From contig JAJXZR010000029.1 of the NCBI GenBank assembly GCA_021779915.1, positions 12,495 through 76,494 on the forward strand: a DNA stretch of 64,000 nt, read 5' to 3'. Made by a program: the position numbers and the translations under genes. Positions 9,215-18,826 of this stretch are shown here, in pieces. This stretch comes from a bacterium. GTDB taxonomy: Bacteria > Patescibacteriota > Minisyncoccia > CAIUEV01. Each line of letters opens with the position of its first letter. The first letter of the stretch is position 1. The notes beneath the pieces are model-generated. The model saw only the letters and a program-made list of their open reading frames with translations. It was not told the origin of the DNA and did not search any database.

Positions 9215-9943
9215 ATGGGAGCTTTGAAACACGAACATGAAAGGGATCACTACAGGGTTGATAATCTCGTGATTTTCAAACCTCAGAGACAAAACTCGGA
9301 CGCTTGGTTGTTGGAAGTTGGAGATTTGGTTCTTCTAAAAACCAGCTTTAACCGTAAATTAGGAAAAATTGGGTTCGCTCCAAGCTTCCCTTCTTCTGAT
9401 GCTATTTTTGACAGTATGGAAAGTTCCATCAGAGTTTTCCGCCCCCTGAATAATAATTTTTCTTTGGGAGAGAAAGGAGAGGAATGGCTGGTCAGGGTTG
9501 AGACAGTGAAGGTGAACAAGTGGAAAAGAACAAGCGATGACAGAATTTTTGTTTATATTGGGGTGAAAGTTTCGGAGCGAGTAGAGGTTACAGTAAGACA
9601 TTATTATGTCTCAGAGAACCTTTACACGGAAACGATTCAGAGTGGCACTTCAATCATTTCAAGCAGGATTGTCAGGAATCCCAAGGTGGAGGAAAAGTAT
9701 TATCTCGATGGAACGCTAGTGTCCAAAGGGATGACAATTTTTTCTCCTGAAGGAGAACGGCTGGCTGTCAATCGTATTGAGTCCGAGAGCAAAGAAGGGT
9801 ACTTCCAAAGAAGAGTCGCAGAAATAAAGGACTCTCCTTTTGCAGGAAAGCTCGGACAACCGGCAGATGTCATCGGGAGGGAGTTAAAATCATTTCCTAA
9901 GTTCCCTAGCGAAGAAAAATTTGGGTTTAATTTGCATTACTAG
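9215..9943 (+). CDS. hypothetical protein
   Basis: 242-aa ORF with GGGAGGT SD; TTGACA at 9125 upstream. Confidence 0.7.
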   Translation: MGALKHEHERDHYRVDNLVIFKPQRQNSDAWLLEVGDLVLLKTSFNRKLGKIGFAPSFPSSDAIFDSMESSIRVFRPLNNNFSLGEKGEEWLVRVETVKVNKWKRTSDDRIFVYIGVKVSERVEVTVRHYYVSENLYTETIQSGTSIISSRIVRNPKVEEKYYLDGTLVSKGMTIFSPEGERLAVNRIESESKEGYFQRRVAEIKDSPFAGKLGQPADVIGRELKSFPKFPSEEKFGFNLHY

Positions 9944-9961
9944 TAAAAGTACAAAACAATT

Positions 9962-10002
9962 GCCCGTTGGTTAAAAATCTAATCAACGGGCTTTTTTATT
10001 TT
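9962..10002 (+). terminator. intrinsic terminator
   Basis: gcccgttg...caacgggc followed by tttttt. Confidence 0.7.
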
Positions 10003-10110
10003 AAAATAAATAAAAAGCCAGAAAAATTCGACCAGTACTTATTTATGAGTTAGAAATTTTTAAACTGGTTCCTTAAAAATTTGATTGCTTCAAATGAAAG
10101 GAGGAAGGAA

Positions 10111-10884
10111 ATGTTAGGATTTATGGTTCGAAAAAAGTGGAAGCGAGGTGCTTCTAAAGTAGGTAAAATAAGTGAAACGGTTGATTTTTCAAAAAGCGAA
10201 TTAGAAAAATGTTTTGATCAGCAGACGACAAAAGTTTTAAACCCCCAGACTTATCCTGAAGCGGAATTCAAAATCTCCGTTCTGGCGTCTTTATTGGAAC
10301 TGCTCAGAAAAAAGATTCCTGAAAAAATTCCCTGTGAAGAGAGTAACATTCCTATTCTGCTTGTTTTGGGAAACTTTTTACCACTTGACGAGCAGCTTAA
10401 GGGAATGCAATTTCGGGAGAAAGACAGAGAATGTTCTTTACACCCCTATTTGGATCACAAATATCTTCCCAGGTCTCCTCTTTCGTATACTAACACCGAC
10501 CTTCCTTATTTGCTTTTTGATGTTGAACCCGGGGAAAAAACCAAAGGGATTTCGGAAGAAAAATGCCGAAAAATTTTTTCAGTTGTGGAACGTTTAGGGC
10601 TAGATATTTACGAAGTTGTGGCCCTCATCACTCAATTTTCGAAATACTGCTTAAATTACTCCGGATCACTTGAAACATATGTGATTTCAAACCCGGGAAG
10701 TATGACGAGCAGAAAAAGCGATATCTTTGTGCACCAAGAACACGTTATTTTTCCTCCGATATGGGGTAGAAAAAGAGTGGATTGGTATCCAATAAAGATC
10801 TTGGCTGGAGAGAAGGAAAACGACGAGCTGATCGAAGAAAACCGGTGCTGGCCTTCGTGCAAAAAGAGATTGTTTATGAGTTAA
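10111..10884 (+). CDS. hypothetical protein, possibly DUF5701-like
   Basis: AGGAGG SD before ATG 10111; PYLLFDVEPGEKT...LDIYEVVAL resembles DUF5701 (from memory). Confidence 0.6.
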   Translation: MLGFMVRKKWKRGASKVGKISETVDFSKSELEKCFDQQTTKVLNPQTYPEAEFKISVLASLLELLRKKIPEKIPCEESNIPILLVLGNFLPLDEQLKGMQFREKDRECSLHPYLDHKYLPRSPLSYTNTDLPYLLFDVEPGEKTKGISEEKCRKIFSVVERLGLDIYEVVALITQFSKYCLNYSGSLETYVISNPGSMTSRKSDIFVHQEHVIFPPIWGRKRVDWYPIKILAGEKENDELIEENRCWPSCKKRLFMS

Positions 10885-11011
10885 TTTTGCAAAAAGCGTT
10901 TTTTCCTTGACAAAACTGATTAAACTTGGATAATAACGGGTTCGTTAATAATTTGGAAATATTAGGAAGAATTAGGTTTGGGGAGAGCAATTTAGCTCGA
11001 GGAGGGTTTTT

Positions 11012-11215
11012 ATGGTATCTTCAAATGAGGTTGAACAGGCAAAAATTAGAGTTCTGTTCGAGGAGGCGAAAAAATCTGAAAATGCAGCGATTGCAGTTTG
11101 CAACCGGTGTATCCGTCAGAAAGAGTTTGATGTCGCCGAAGAAATTCGGGACAATTTTGTTCCCGAGTATGATTTGGAAAAGAAGATACAAGAACTTGTG
11201 GGTAATTTGAATTAG
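11012..11215 (+). CDS. small hypothetical protein
   Basis: GGAGG SD; 67 aa with CxxC. Confidence 0.55.
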   Translation: MVSSNEVEQAKIRVLFEEAKKSENAAIAVCNRCIRQKEFDVAEEIRDNFVPEYDLEKKIQELVGNLN

Positions 11216-11283
11216 TGGGGTTGTGATGAAATAACGAACGAAGGAGGATTGGCTGAGCCTTCAAAGCAAAAGTAAGCCGACAC

Positions 11284-11321
11284 AAAACCCGCGATTAAAC
11301 AATCGTGGGTTTTATTTTTTT
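11284..11321 (+). terminator. intrinsic terminator
   Basis: aaaacccgcgatt...aatcgtgggtttt followed by T run. Confidence 0.65.
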
Positions 11322-11324
11322 CTG

Positions 11325-11354
11325 TGTCATCCCTGACCCCGAGCCGGGATGACA
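11325..11354. repeat. collapsed single-hairpin R element
   Basis: tgtcatccc-tgaccccgagcc-gggatgaca. Confidence 0.8.
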
Positions 11355-11479
11355 GGTACACTACAATGAGTCTTTGTTTATAAAATTCAGCTTAAAAGCT
11401 GGACAAACTTGTATTTGTTTAATAGAAAGGGACGGAGAAAAAGAACTTTGAAGTTTCCATAAAAGGAGGAATATGGAAC

Positions 11480-11662
11480 ATGAAAAAAGGAAAAAACAAT
11501 CCTTCGTCCGTTGGATACATTTGTCCAAACTGTGGATTTAGGCCTAAAAAGCCCAAACATCTAGTCTGTCTCGAATGCAATCATGAATTGGAGAGAGTAA
11601 TAGATATTAATCCGGAAGAACTCTACAAATTAGCTTTAAGGAGGGAAAAAAATGGAAATTGA
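11480..11662 (+). CDS. small zinc-ribbon protein
   Basis: CPNC...CLEC; AGGAGG SD. Confidence 0.6.
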   Translation: MKKGKNNPSSVGYICPNCGFRPKKPKHLVCLECNHELERVIDINPEELYKLALRREKNGN

Positions 11663-11855
11663 GGGAAAAAAAGTAAAAGTTCTGAAGATTTTTGGCCAAA
11701 TTGGTTGTGGATTGGTAGACGGAGGCGATTTTGTCAATGTTTATCCAAGAAACGTTGAGCGGGAAAAACTATTTGAAGCTCTAAAAGAAGCCGAAAAAGA
11801 AGGACTGGAAGTCATCCAAGACTGCTATGGCAAACAATTTGGAGTTCAATTCTAA
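11652..11855 (+). CDS. small hypothetical protein
   Basis: GGAGGG SD; overlaps the upstream stop. Confidence 0.55.
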   Translation: MEIEGKKVKVLKIFGQIGCGLVDGGDFVNVYPRNVEREKLFEALKEAEKEGLEVIQDCYGKQFGVQF

Positions 11856-11875
11856 TTTTCTACCGTTAATTTAAC

Positions 11876-11905
11876 AAAAGACAGGCGCAAAAACCTGTCT
11901 TTTTT
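11876..11905 (+). terminator. intrinsic terminator
   Basis: aaaagacagg...cctgtctttttt. Confidence 0.65.
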
Positions 11906-11993
11906 CTTTGGAAAAAATTGTGCTATTAGTTAAGTGATATTGATAAATAAATGAGCTACTTTCGACTTTTTACTTTCAACTTGCAACTAAATC

Positions 11994-13775
11994 ATGTACA
12001 TCACCAACAAACAATTAAAAAACTTTTTGCTCGAATCGGAGATTATATCGCCTGATACTTTGGATCAGGTGGAAAAAGAACTTCCAACCCAAGATGATAA
12101 ATTGGGAGAATTGTTGGTTCAAAAGGGCTTGCTTGAAGAAGAACAGCTTCGTAAAACCTATGCCTATATTTCTGGAATTCCTTTTGTAAACTTGGAGAAT
12201 CAATTTGTTGCCAAGGAAATTCTCAATATTATTCCCGAACCAATTGCGCGCAAGCACAATATAGTCGCTTTTGAAAGGGACGGAAGCAAAATCAAAGTGG
12301 CGATGCTTGATCCTCGAGATCTTCAAACGATTGATTTTATCAGAAAAAAAACTCAAAGCAAGATTCTGCCGTGCCTTACTTCAGAAAAATCAATTTCCCA
12401 TATTCTAACCTTGTACCAAAAGTCTTTGAAAGCTGAATTTGGCGATATTATTGAAGAAAGCGTTAAAATTTCTTCCGTTATGAATGAAGCAAGAGGGGTC
12501 GGTACAACTTCTGATGGGGGAGAGAAAGAAGAAGAAACACTAAAGAAAACTGCTGAAGAATTACCCGTTATAAAGATTATAGACGTACTCCTCAAGCATG
12601 CCATTTTGCAACAGGCCAGCGATATCCACATTGAACCCATCGAAAAAGAGGTTATTGTAAGATACAGGATTGATGGCATTTTGCACGACGTAATGTTTCT
12701 TCCTAGGGAGATATTGTCCGCAGTTATCGCCAGAATAAAAGTACTTTCCGATTTGAAGCTCGATGAGCACAGACTCCCTCAAGACGGAAGATTTAAACTG
12801 GAGACTCAAGATTATAAATTTTCTTTCCGAGTTTCGATTCTTCCTATCATCGATGGAGAAAAGATTGTTATTCGTCTTCTCAATGAAACGAGTAAAGGAT
12901 TAACTTTAGAGCAATTGGGCTTTCGAGGGAAAGCACTCGAGGTGATCCAAAAGAACATTCATCGTCCGCACGGAATGCTCTTGGTTACCGGACCGACCGG
13001 ATCAGGCAAAACCACCACCCTCTATACCATGATGGATATTTTGAATACCAACCAAGTGAATATTAGCACTGTAGAAGACCCAATTGAATACCGAATGCAA
13101 AGAATCAATCAAACTCAGGTTAATTCAAAAGTGGGTCTTACGTTTGCAGTTGGGCTTAGGTCTCTTTTACGCCAAGACCCGGACATCATTATGGTTGGAG
13201 AAATCAGAGACGAAGAGACGATGCATATTGCGATTAATGCTGCTATGACTGGGCATTTAGTGCTTTCAACCTTGCATACCAATTCTGCCGCTGCTACAAT
13301 GCCACGGCTCATGGACATGGGAGCTGAGCCGTTTCTTTTAGCCTCCACTTTGAACGTTGCCATTGCCCAAAGATTGGTGCGAAAAATCTGTCCCAATTGC
13401 CAGGAGGATTATTTAATGGGACAAAACGATGTTGAACTTTTGAAGAAAAAAGTTGATGCGGATAAGATTTTTGAAATTTTAAAGCAAGAGAAGATTATTC
13501 CTGAAACAGCTAGGGGTTTTGAGGAAGTGGCTTTTGCCAGAGGCAAAGGTTGCGTAAGATGCAACAACACCGGATACAAGGGAAGACTGGGCATTTATGA
13601 GGTGATCGAGGTTGATGACGATCTTCGAGCACTTATTTCCGAAAGAAAAGATTCTGATACAATCAACGCCAAAGCAGTGGAAAATGGCACGATCACTATG
13701 CTTCAAGATGGATTTATCAAAGCAATCCAAAAAGTTACTACAATCGAGGAAATTTTAAGAGTTACACAAGAATAA
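11994..13775 (+). CDS. pilB: type IV pilus/T2SS assembly ATPase (PilB/GspE)
   Basis: ASDIHIEP, GPTGSGKTT, LRQDPDIIMVGEIRD, STLHTN, two CxxC. Confidence 0.92.
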   Translation: MYITNKQLKNFLLESEIISPDTLDQVEKELPTQDDKLGELLVQKGLLEEEQLRKTYAYISGIPFVNLENQFVAKEILNIIPEPIARKHNIVAFERDGSKIKVAMLDPRDLQTIDFIRKKTQSKILPCLTSEKSISHILTLYQKSLKAEFGDIIEESVKISSVMNEARGVGTTSDGGEKEEETLKKTAEELPVIKIIDVLLKHAILQQASDIHIEPIEKEVIVRYRIDGILHDVMFLPREILSAVIARIKVLSDLKLDEHRLPQDGRFKLETQDYKFSFRVSILPIIDGEKIVIRLLNETSKGLTLEQLGFRGKALEVIQKNIHRPHGMLLVTGPTGSGKTTTLYTMMDILNTNQVNISTVEDPIEYRMQRINQTQVNSKVGLTFAVGLRSLLRQDPDIIMVGEIRDEETMHIAINAAMTGHLVLSTLHTNSAAATMPRLMDMGAEPFLLASTLNVAIAQRLVRKICPNCQEDYLMGQNDVELLKKKVDADKIFEILKQEKIIPETARGFEEVAFARGKGCVRCNNTGYKGRLGIYEVIEVDDDLRALISERKDSDTINAKAVENGTITMLQDGFIKAIQKVTTIEEILRVTQE

Positions 13776-13784
13776 AAAATGTTT

Positions 13785-14004
13785 GTGTCATTCCCAGCGT
13801 GTCGACCGAGAATCCAGGAGGGTAGAAAATTATTCTAATTGACCTAATTATACTAATTATTCTAAACAAAATCCAAAAACCAATTTCTAAAATTTATTTT
13901 TATTGTTTGGTACTTGGTGCTTTTTTAGTATAATTAGTATAATTAGGTCAATTAGAATAATTAATGAGATTAAACTGAATCTCGTATTAAGCCCGAGATT
14001 ACAC
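13785..14004. mobile_element. R doublet enclosing family D element (33-bp perfect IR, 13828-13860/13930-13962)
   Basis: gtgtcattcccagcgtgtcgaccgagaatcca ... tgaatctcgtattaagcccgagattacac. Confidence 0.82.
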
Positions 14005-14067
14005 AGATATAGGATATTTCGATTAAATATTTCTATACTATACATTTAAGATTTCAAATTACTCCAG

Positions 14068-15171
14068 ATGCAAATTCAGTCTCTTAAGACGTGGTTATCC
14101 GGCCACCAGTGGCTTCTCTGGCTCACGGTGGGAATGGCTGTAGTTATCAGTCTCAATACTCTTTACAGCATCTTTTATGGGACACCTCAGATCAAGATAT
14201 TCTATCACCAAATCATTTATGTTTTATTAGGATTTGTAATGGCTTATCTTATTGGTAGATATGATTACCGAATTTTTCGGCGTCATATTTTGGTGTTTTT
14301 TTTGGGAGCTTTGCTACTTTTGATTTTGGTTCTCGTTAGAGGCTTGAAAATCAATGGTACAACGGGTTGGCTAGATTTTAAAGTTTTTAGTTTTCAACCG
14401 GTTGAAGTGGCAAAGGTCGTAGTAATTTTAGCTTTAGCAACCTTTTTCGCTAAATATCACAATGTTTTGTATTCTTGGAAAGTTTTAGCTTTTTCCTTTT
14501 TAATTCCGTTGCCTTTTGCCACACTTACTTTATTACAACCAGACTTGGGATCAACTCTAGCTTTGATGGGTATTTGGGGAGGATTCATTTTTGCTTCCTC
14601 AGCCAGAAAAACTCAAAAAATAACCCTTATCGCTGTTACAGTGTCGATCGCTCTCTTTGGTTGGTTCTTTCTACTTAAGGATTATCAAAGAGATCGGCTT
14701 AGTACTTTTGTTAATCCGGAAAGAGACGCCCTTGGAACGGGTTACAACACTCTTCAGGCGGTAACTGCTATTGGTTCAGGAGGAGTGAAAGGCAAAGGAC
14801 TGGGTTTTGGCTCTCAAAGTCAACTCCATTTTCTTCCAGAAGCTCACAGCGACTTTATTTTTGCCGTTTTTGCAGAGGAAACCGGTTGGATTGGAGTGAT
14901 TATTTTTTTGGTCGCTTCCTTGCTTTTTTATTTTTCCATAATTAATATAGCTAGATTTAGCAAAGATAATTTTGGATATTTTTTAGTAGTGGGGATTTTC
15001 TGGTTTTTTCTTATTCATTTTTTTGTTAACGTTGGGATGAATCTGGGATTATTACCGATAGTTGGCCTTCCTCTCCCCTTCATAAGCGCTGGAGGGACAA
15101 ACCTCTTTGTTTCTTTTATCCTCGTGGGACTAGTACAAAGTGTTGGCAGACTAAGCCTTAAGAACAATTAA
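14068..15171 (+). CDS. rodA: SEDS family peptidoglycan polymerase RodA/FtsW
   Basis: FQPVEVAK, QPDLGS, YQRDR, LPEAHSDFIF, GLPLPFISAGG. Confidence 0.9.
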   Translation: MQIQSLKTWLSGHQWLLWLTVGMAVVISLNTLYSIFYGTPQIKIFYHQIIYVLLGFVMAYLIGRYDYRIFRRHILVFFLGALLLLILVLVRGLKINGTTGWLDFKVFSFQPVEVAKVVVILALATFFAKYHNVLYSWKVLAFSFLIPLPFATLTLLQPDLGSTLALMGIWGGFIFASSARKTQKITLIAVTVSIALFGWFFLLKDYQRDRLSTFVNPERDALGTGYNTLQAVTAIGSGGVKGKGLGFGSQSQLHFLPEAHSDFIFAVFAEETGWIGVIIFLVASLLFYFSIINIARFSKDNFGYFLVVGIFWFFLIHFFVNVGMNLGLLPIVGLPLPFISAGGTNLFVSFILVGLVQSVGRLSLKNN

Positions 15172-15208
15172 AAATTTATTAAGAATCTCTGTAAGAATAT
15201 TTTTTTGT

Positions 15209-15444
15209 GTGTCATCCTTGCGAAAGCGAGGATCCAGAGAAGTAAGACTGAAAAATTCCAAGAAACAAGAAGCAAGCTCCAAACAAATTAAAAATCACAA
15301 ATTCCAAACGAAAAAAGTTTTGAGTTTCGAATTTCGAATTTGGAAGATTGTATCTTGTTTGCCTGCCTACCGGTAGGTGGGTAATTTGTTTCTTGTCTCT
15401 TGGAATTTTACTTTCATGGATCCTCGCTTTCGCAAGGATGACAC
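15209..15444. mobile_element. R doublet enclosing family E element that carries a mini-hairpin (15361-15381); family A arm remnant outside at 15458-15486
   Basis: gtgtcatccttgcgaaagcgaggatcca / tggatcctcgctttcgcaaggatgacac perfect IR. Confidence 0.88.
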
Positions 15445-15492
15445 GGTGGAGTATCTTCTTGATAAACTCTATAACTTGATAAACTAATTTAT

Positions 15493-16218
15493 ATGTCCGG
15501 TCATAGCCATTGGTCTGGTATAAAACGCAAAAAAGCGCTGGTTGATTCTAAAAGAGCCCAAAAATTTACTAAGTTGGGTAGGGCTATTACGATTGCCTCT
15601 CGAGAAGGAGGAGAAAATCCCGATTTCAACCCGAATTTACGCTTGGCTATCGAGAAAGCCAAAGAGTTTAATATGCCCAAAGATAAAATTCTGAATTCTA
15701 TCAAGAAAGGATCTTCTAAAAACGCTGAAGACCAACTGGAAGAAGTAACTTACGAAGCCCTGGGGCCGGAAGGTATAATGCTTGTTATTGAAACAATTAC
15801 AGACAATAGAAACCGTACAGTCTCAGAGATCAGGCACATTCTAGACGAACATGGCGGAAAAATGGCCGATGGAGGGGTGGGATGGAATTTTAGAAGAAGA
15901 GGGTTAATAACCTTTCAGGTTTTAGAGGAGCAAAAAGAAGAATTTGAATTAAAAGCTATTGAATGCTCGGTGGAAGACCTTATGGAGGAAGAAAAGGGTG
16001 CTGTTTCAGTTATATGCAGTCTTGAAGATATTGAAAAAATCAAAGAGAAGCTATCTGATTTTCCCATTATTGAAAATATTGTTGCTTATCTTTCTAACAA
16101 TCCGGTTGCTATTTCTGACAAAGTTCGAAAAAAATATGATATATTGTTAGACGATTTAGAGAATCAATCGGATGTTCAGGAAATCTGGGATAATGTCGAG
16201 AAAATAACGGTTATTTGA
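15493..16218 (+). CDS. yebC: YebC/PmpR family protein
   Basis: MSGHSHWSGIKRKK, TDNRNRT. Confidence 0.94.
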   Translation: MSGHSHWSGIKRKKALVDSKRAQKFTKLGRAITIASREGGENPDFNPNLRLAIEKAKEFNMPKDKILNSIKKGSSKNAEDQLEEVTYEALGPEGIMLVIETITDNRNRTVSEIRHILDEHGGKMADGGVGWNFRRRGLITFQVLEEQKEEFELKAIECSVEDLMEEEKGAVSVICSLEDIEKIKEKLSDFPIIENIVAYLSNNPVAISDKVRKKYDILLDDLENQSDVQEIWDNVEKITVI

Positions 16219-16404
16219 TGAATAGTAGCGAATATAGGGCATATTATTCTATTTTATCGGTAAGACCCTTTATTTGACATATTATTAAGGTATGGTATTC
16301 CTTCAAAGTAAGGTATAAAGCGAGAAAAAGATATTTTGGTTTACTTAAAGAAAAAGAAATAATAATTTTGATTTTACTTTTAAAAAGAAAGGGGGTGAAA
16401 TTAA

Positions 16405-16677
16405 ATGAATAAAGAAGAATTAGTAGCTGCAATCGCTAAGAAAGCCGGTCTTTCAAAGAAAGACTCCGAAGGAGCCTTGAAATCCGCTTTGGAAGCCATT
16501 AAGGACGCCCTCAAAAAAGGGGGGAAGGTAACCTTGACCGGATTCGGAACTTTTATGGTCGCTAAACGAGCCGCCCGCAAAGGGGTAAACCCACAAACGG
16601 GAGCGGAAATCAAAATCCCAGCTCGAACAGTACCTAAGTTCAAACCGGGCAAAGCCCTCAAAGACGCCGTAAAATAG
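16405..16677 (+). CDS. hup: DNA-binding protein HU
   Basis: [28 protein letters not shown]. Confidence 0.96.
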   Translation: MNKEELVAAIAKKAGLSKKDSEGALKSALEAIKDALKKGGKVTLTGFGTFMVAKRAARKGVNPQTGAEIKIPARTVPKFKPGKALKDAVK

Positions 16678-16701
16678 TCTTGGATAGAAACGAAATTAAA
16701 T

Positions 16702-16736
16702 AAGCAAAAAAGAGACCAAAAGTCTCTTTTTTGCTT
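16702..16736 (+). terminator. intrinsic (possibly bidirectional) terminator
   Basis: aagcaaaaaagagac-caaaa-gtctcttttttgctt. Confidence 0.75.
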
Positions 16737-16788
16737 TGTAATAGAAATGCCAGCTATTTACAACCTTAAAAAATAGGAGTTACGTTAT

Positions 16789-16874
16789 TAGTTCATAAAG
16801 TTCATAAAAAACATTAGAGGAAAATATTCCTTTTAACTTTACAAACTTTATAAACTTTCTAACTTTAAGAACTA
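16789..16874. repeat. Family A element, empty form
   Basis: tagttcataaagttcataaa ... actttataaactttctaactttaagaacta. Confidence 0.75.
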
Positions 16875-16880
16875 GTTTGT

Positions 16881-18038
16881 ATGCGTATTGGAGTCGATAT
16901 TAGATCTCTTAGTGCTGGAGGGCATTCTGGGGTGGAGGAGTATATTTTTAATCTTCTGCCTAATCTTTTCCGTTTGGGAAGGGAGGACCAGTTTGTTCTG
17001 CTTTACAACAGCTATTCCCGTGCTCTTCCGGAAAAAGTGAAAAAATGGGAAAAGTTACCGAACGTTAGTATTAAGGGATTTAAAATTCCCAGTAAATTGC
17101 TCAACGGTCTGCTTTGGCAGTTTAATTTTCCTTATCTCGATAAATTAATAGGCGGGGTGGATGTTTTTTTCTCTCCCAATATTACTTTCACTGCTGTTTC
17201 TGTAGGAACCCCCCACGTCATAACCATTCACGACTTATCTTTTGAGCTTTTTCCTCATTTTTTCAATTATTACAGGAGGTTGTGGCATTTTCTGGTTAAT
17301 CCTCGCAGACAGGCGAAAAAAGCAACGAAAGTAATTACTGTATCTAAATCGACGATGTCCGATGTAAACGAGCTGTACAGGATAAAAAAGAGCAAAATCA
17401 GACCGATTTATCTTGGGCTGTCTTCAATTTTTCAAAATTACACAAAAAATGAAAAGAAAGAAGAAAAAATTAGAAAAAAATATAAAATTCCCGCTAAACC
17501 CTTTATCCTTTACCTTGGTACTTTAGAGCCCAGAAAAAATATCGCTTCTTTGCTTTTGGCATTCAATGAATGGAAAAAGTCCTCTAAAGAAAATTACACG
17601 TTGGTAATTGCCGGAACAAAGGGGTGGTCCTTTCAGGAGATATTTCAATTGTCAGAGGAATCTCCTTACAAAAAAGATATTGTCTTTACCGGTGAGCTTC
17701 AAGAAAAAGATCGCCCCGCTATTTATAAAATGGCAAGCCTGTTTGTTTTCCCTTCTTTTTTGGAAGGTTTCGGTTTCCCACCCCTCGAGGCTCTTTCTTC
17801 AGGTGTCCCGGTAATTTGTTCGGCTTCTACTTCGCTTCTGGAAATATTTGGTGATCATTCCATTCTTGTCAATCCGCATGATGCAGGAGAATTGGCTTGG
17901 ACAATCGGCAGAGTCTTAGGCGACCAAGCCATTCAAGCTTCTTTGATTAAGGAAGGAGAGAAATATGCTAAGAAATTTACTTGGGAAAAAACAGCCAGGG
18001 AAACTTTGGAGGTGCTGAGAGAGGCAGGGGGAGAATAA
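16881..18038 (+). CDS. glycosyltransferase family 4
   Basis: TIHDL, GTLEPRKN, FPSFLEGFGFPPLEA. Confidence 0.92.
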   Translation: MRIGVDIRSLSAGGHSGVEEYIFNLLPNLFRLGREDQFVLLYNSYSRALPEKVKKWEKLPNVSIKGFKIPSKLLNGLLWQFNFPYLDKLIGGVDVFFSPNITFTAVSVGTPHVITIHDLSFELFPHFFNYYRRLWHFLVNPRRQAKKATKVITVSKSTMSDVNELYRIKKSKIRPIYLGLSSIFQNYTKNEKKEEKIRKKYKIPAKPFILYLGTLEPRKNIASLLLAFNEWKKSSKENYTLVIAGTKGWSFQEIFQLSEESPYKKDIVFTGELQEKDRPAIYKMASLFVFPSFLEGFGFPPLEALSSGVPVICSASTSLLEIFGDHSILVNPHDAGELAWTIGRVLGDQAIQASLIKEGEKYAKKFTWEKTARETLEVLREAGGE

Positions 18039-18153
18039 AATGACGAATGACGAATATCGAATATCGAATGACGAACCAATAATAGAAGATATTTTTTGCC
18101 ATTTTATATTTGGATTTGATTCGTCATTCGTCATTTGGAATTTGTCATTTTAT
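18035..18153. repeat. Family F element, (AATGACG)n ... (CGTCATT)n
   Basis: ataaaatgacgaatgacgaat ... ttcgtcattcgtcatttggaatttgtcattttat between convergent stops. Confidence 0.85.
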
Positions 18154-18154
18154 C

Positions 18155-18826
18155 CTAGTTTCTCCTAATCACACACCCTTCTTCTCTTTCCTTCTTAAAT
18201 TTATTAACAATCTTAAAGCGAATTTGGTTTTCTCCAGGTTTTAGGAATACGGGAGAAGAAAAGACTCCATTTTTGTCAACCAAGATATCTTCTCCGTTAA
18301 TAAAAATGTGTCCTTCTGGCTGGATGGTACCTCGAAGCTCTATTGTTTCTTCATTTGTGTTGAAGGGACAAGTAGCCGGACTGCTCAAGGCAAAAGAGGG
18401 CTGGCTGTAGAGAGGTAAAATTATTTTTATTAAAAAATATATCAACGTCATACTTATCATTGTTCCCATTAGCAAAATAAAATTTCTATAGTTTACATAA
18501 CGAAAAATTTTTGAATAGGGGCTTATCGGATGAAAAGAAAAAGAATCTTTTTCGACTCTTTTCTTTCTTTTTTCATAAAGCAAGATGGCTTTTTTGGGAT
18601 CAATTTGAACAAAATTAGCATAGCTTCCAACAATACCTCTGGAGTAAATATTGGGAGGAAGTGAGAAAAAATCATTTTGTTCCAGAGCGATTATGTATTC
18701 TTTACTTATAGTAAGAGACTTAGCGACTGTTTCGATCGTTAACCCCAATGATTCCCTTCCATTTTTCAAATAATCCCCCAAATTTTCTTCGTTAATTTTT
18801 CTAACCTTAAAGGCTGAGTCTCTCAT
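18155..18826 (-). CDS. RodZ-like HTH membrane protein with C-terminal Ig-like domain
   Basis: LGDYLKNGRE...ALEQNDFFSLP...YANF, TM, LKPGENQI. Confidence 0.75.
   Translation of the reverse strand: MRDSAFKVRKINEENLGDYLKNGRESLGLTIETVAKSLTISKEYIIALEQNDFFSLPPNIYSRGIVGSYANFVQIDPKKAILLYEKRKKRVEKDSFSFHPISPYSKIFRYVNYRNFILLMGTMISMTLIYFLIKIILPLYSQPSFALSSPATCPFNTNEETIELRGTIQPEGHIFINGEDILVDKNGVFSSPVFLKPGENQIRFKIVNKFKKEREEGCVIRRN

Noticed and set aside
16401-16661. Antisense shadow ORFs over HU, pilB, dnaJ, ileS and others
   Set aside because: Fully overlapped by confidently identified genes on another frame or strand.
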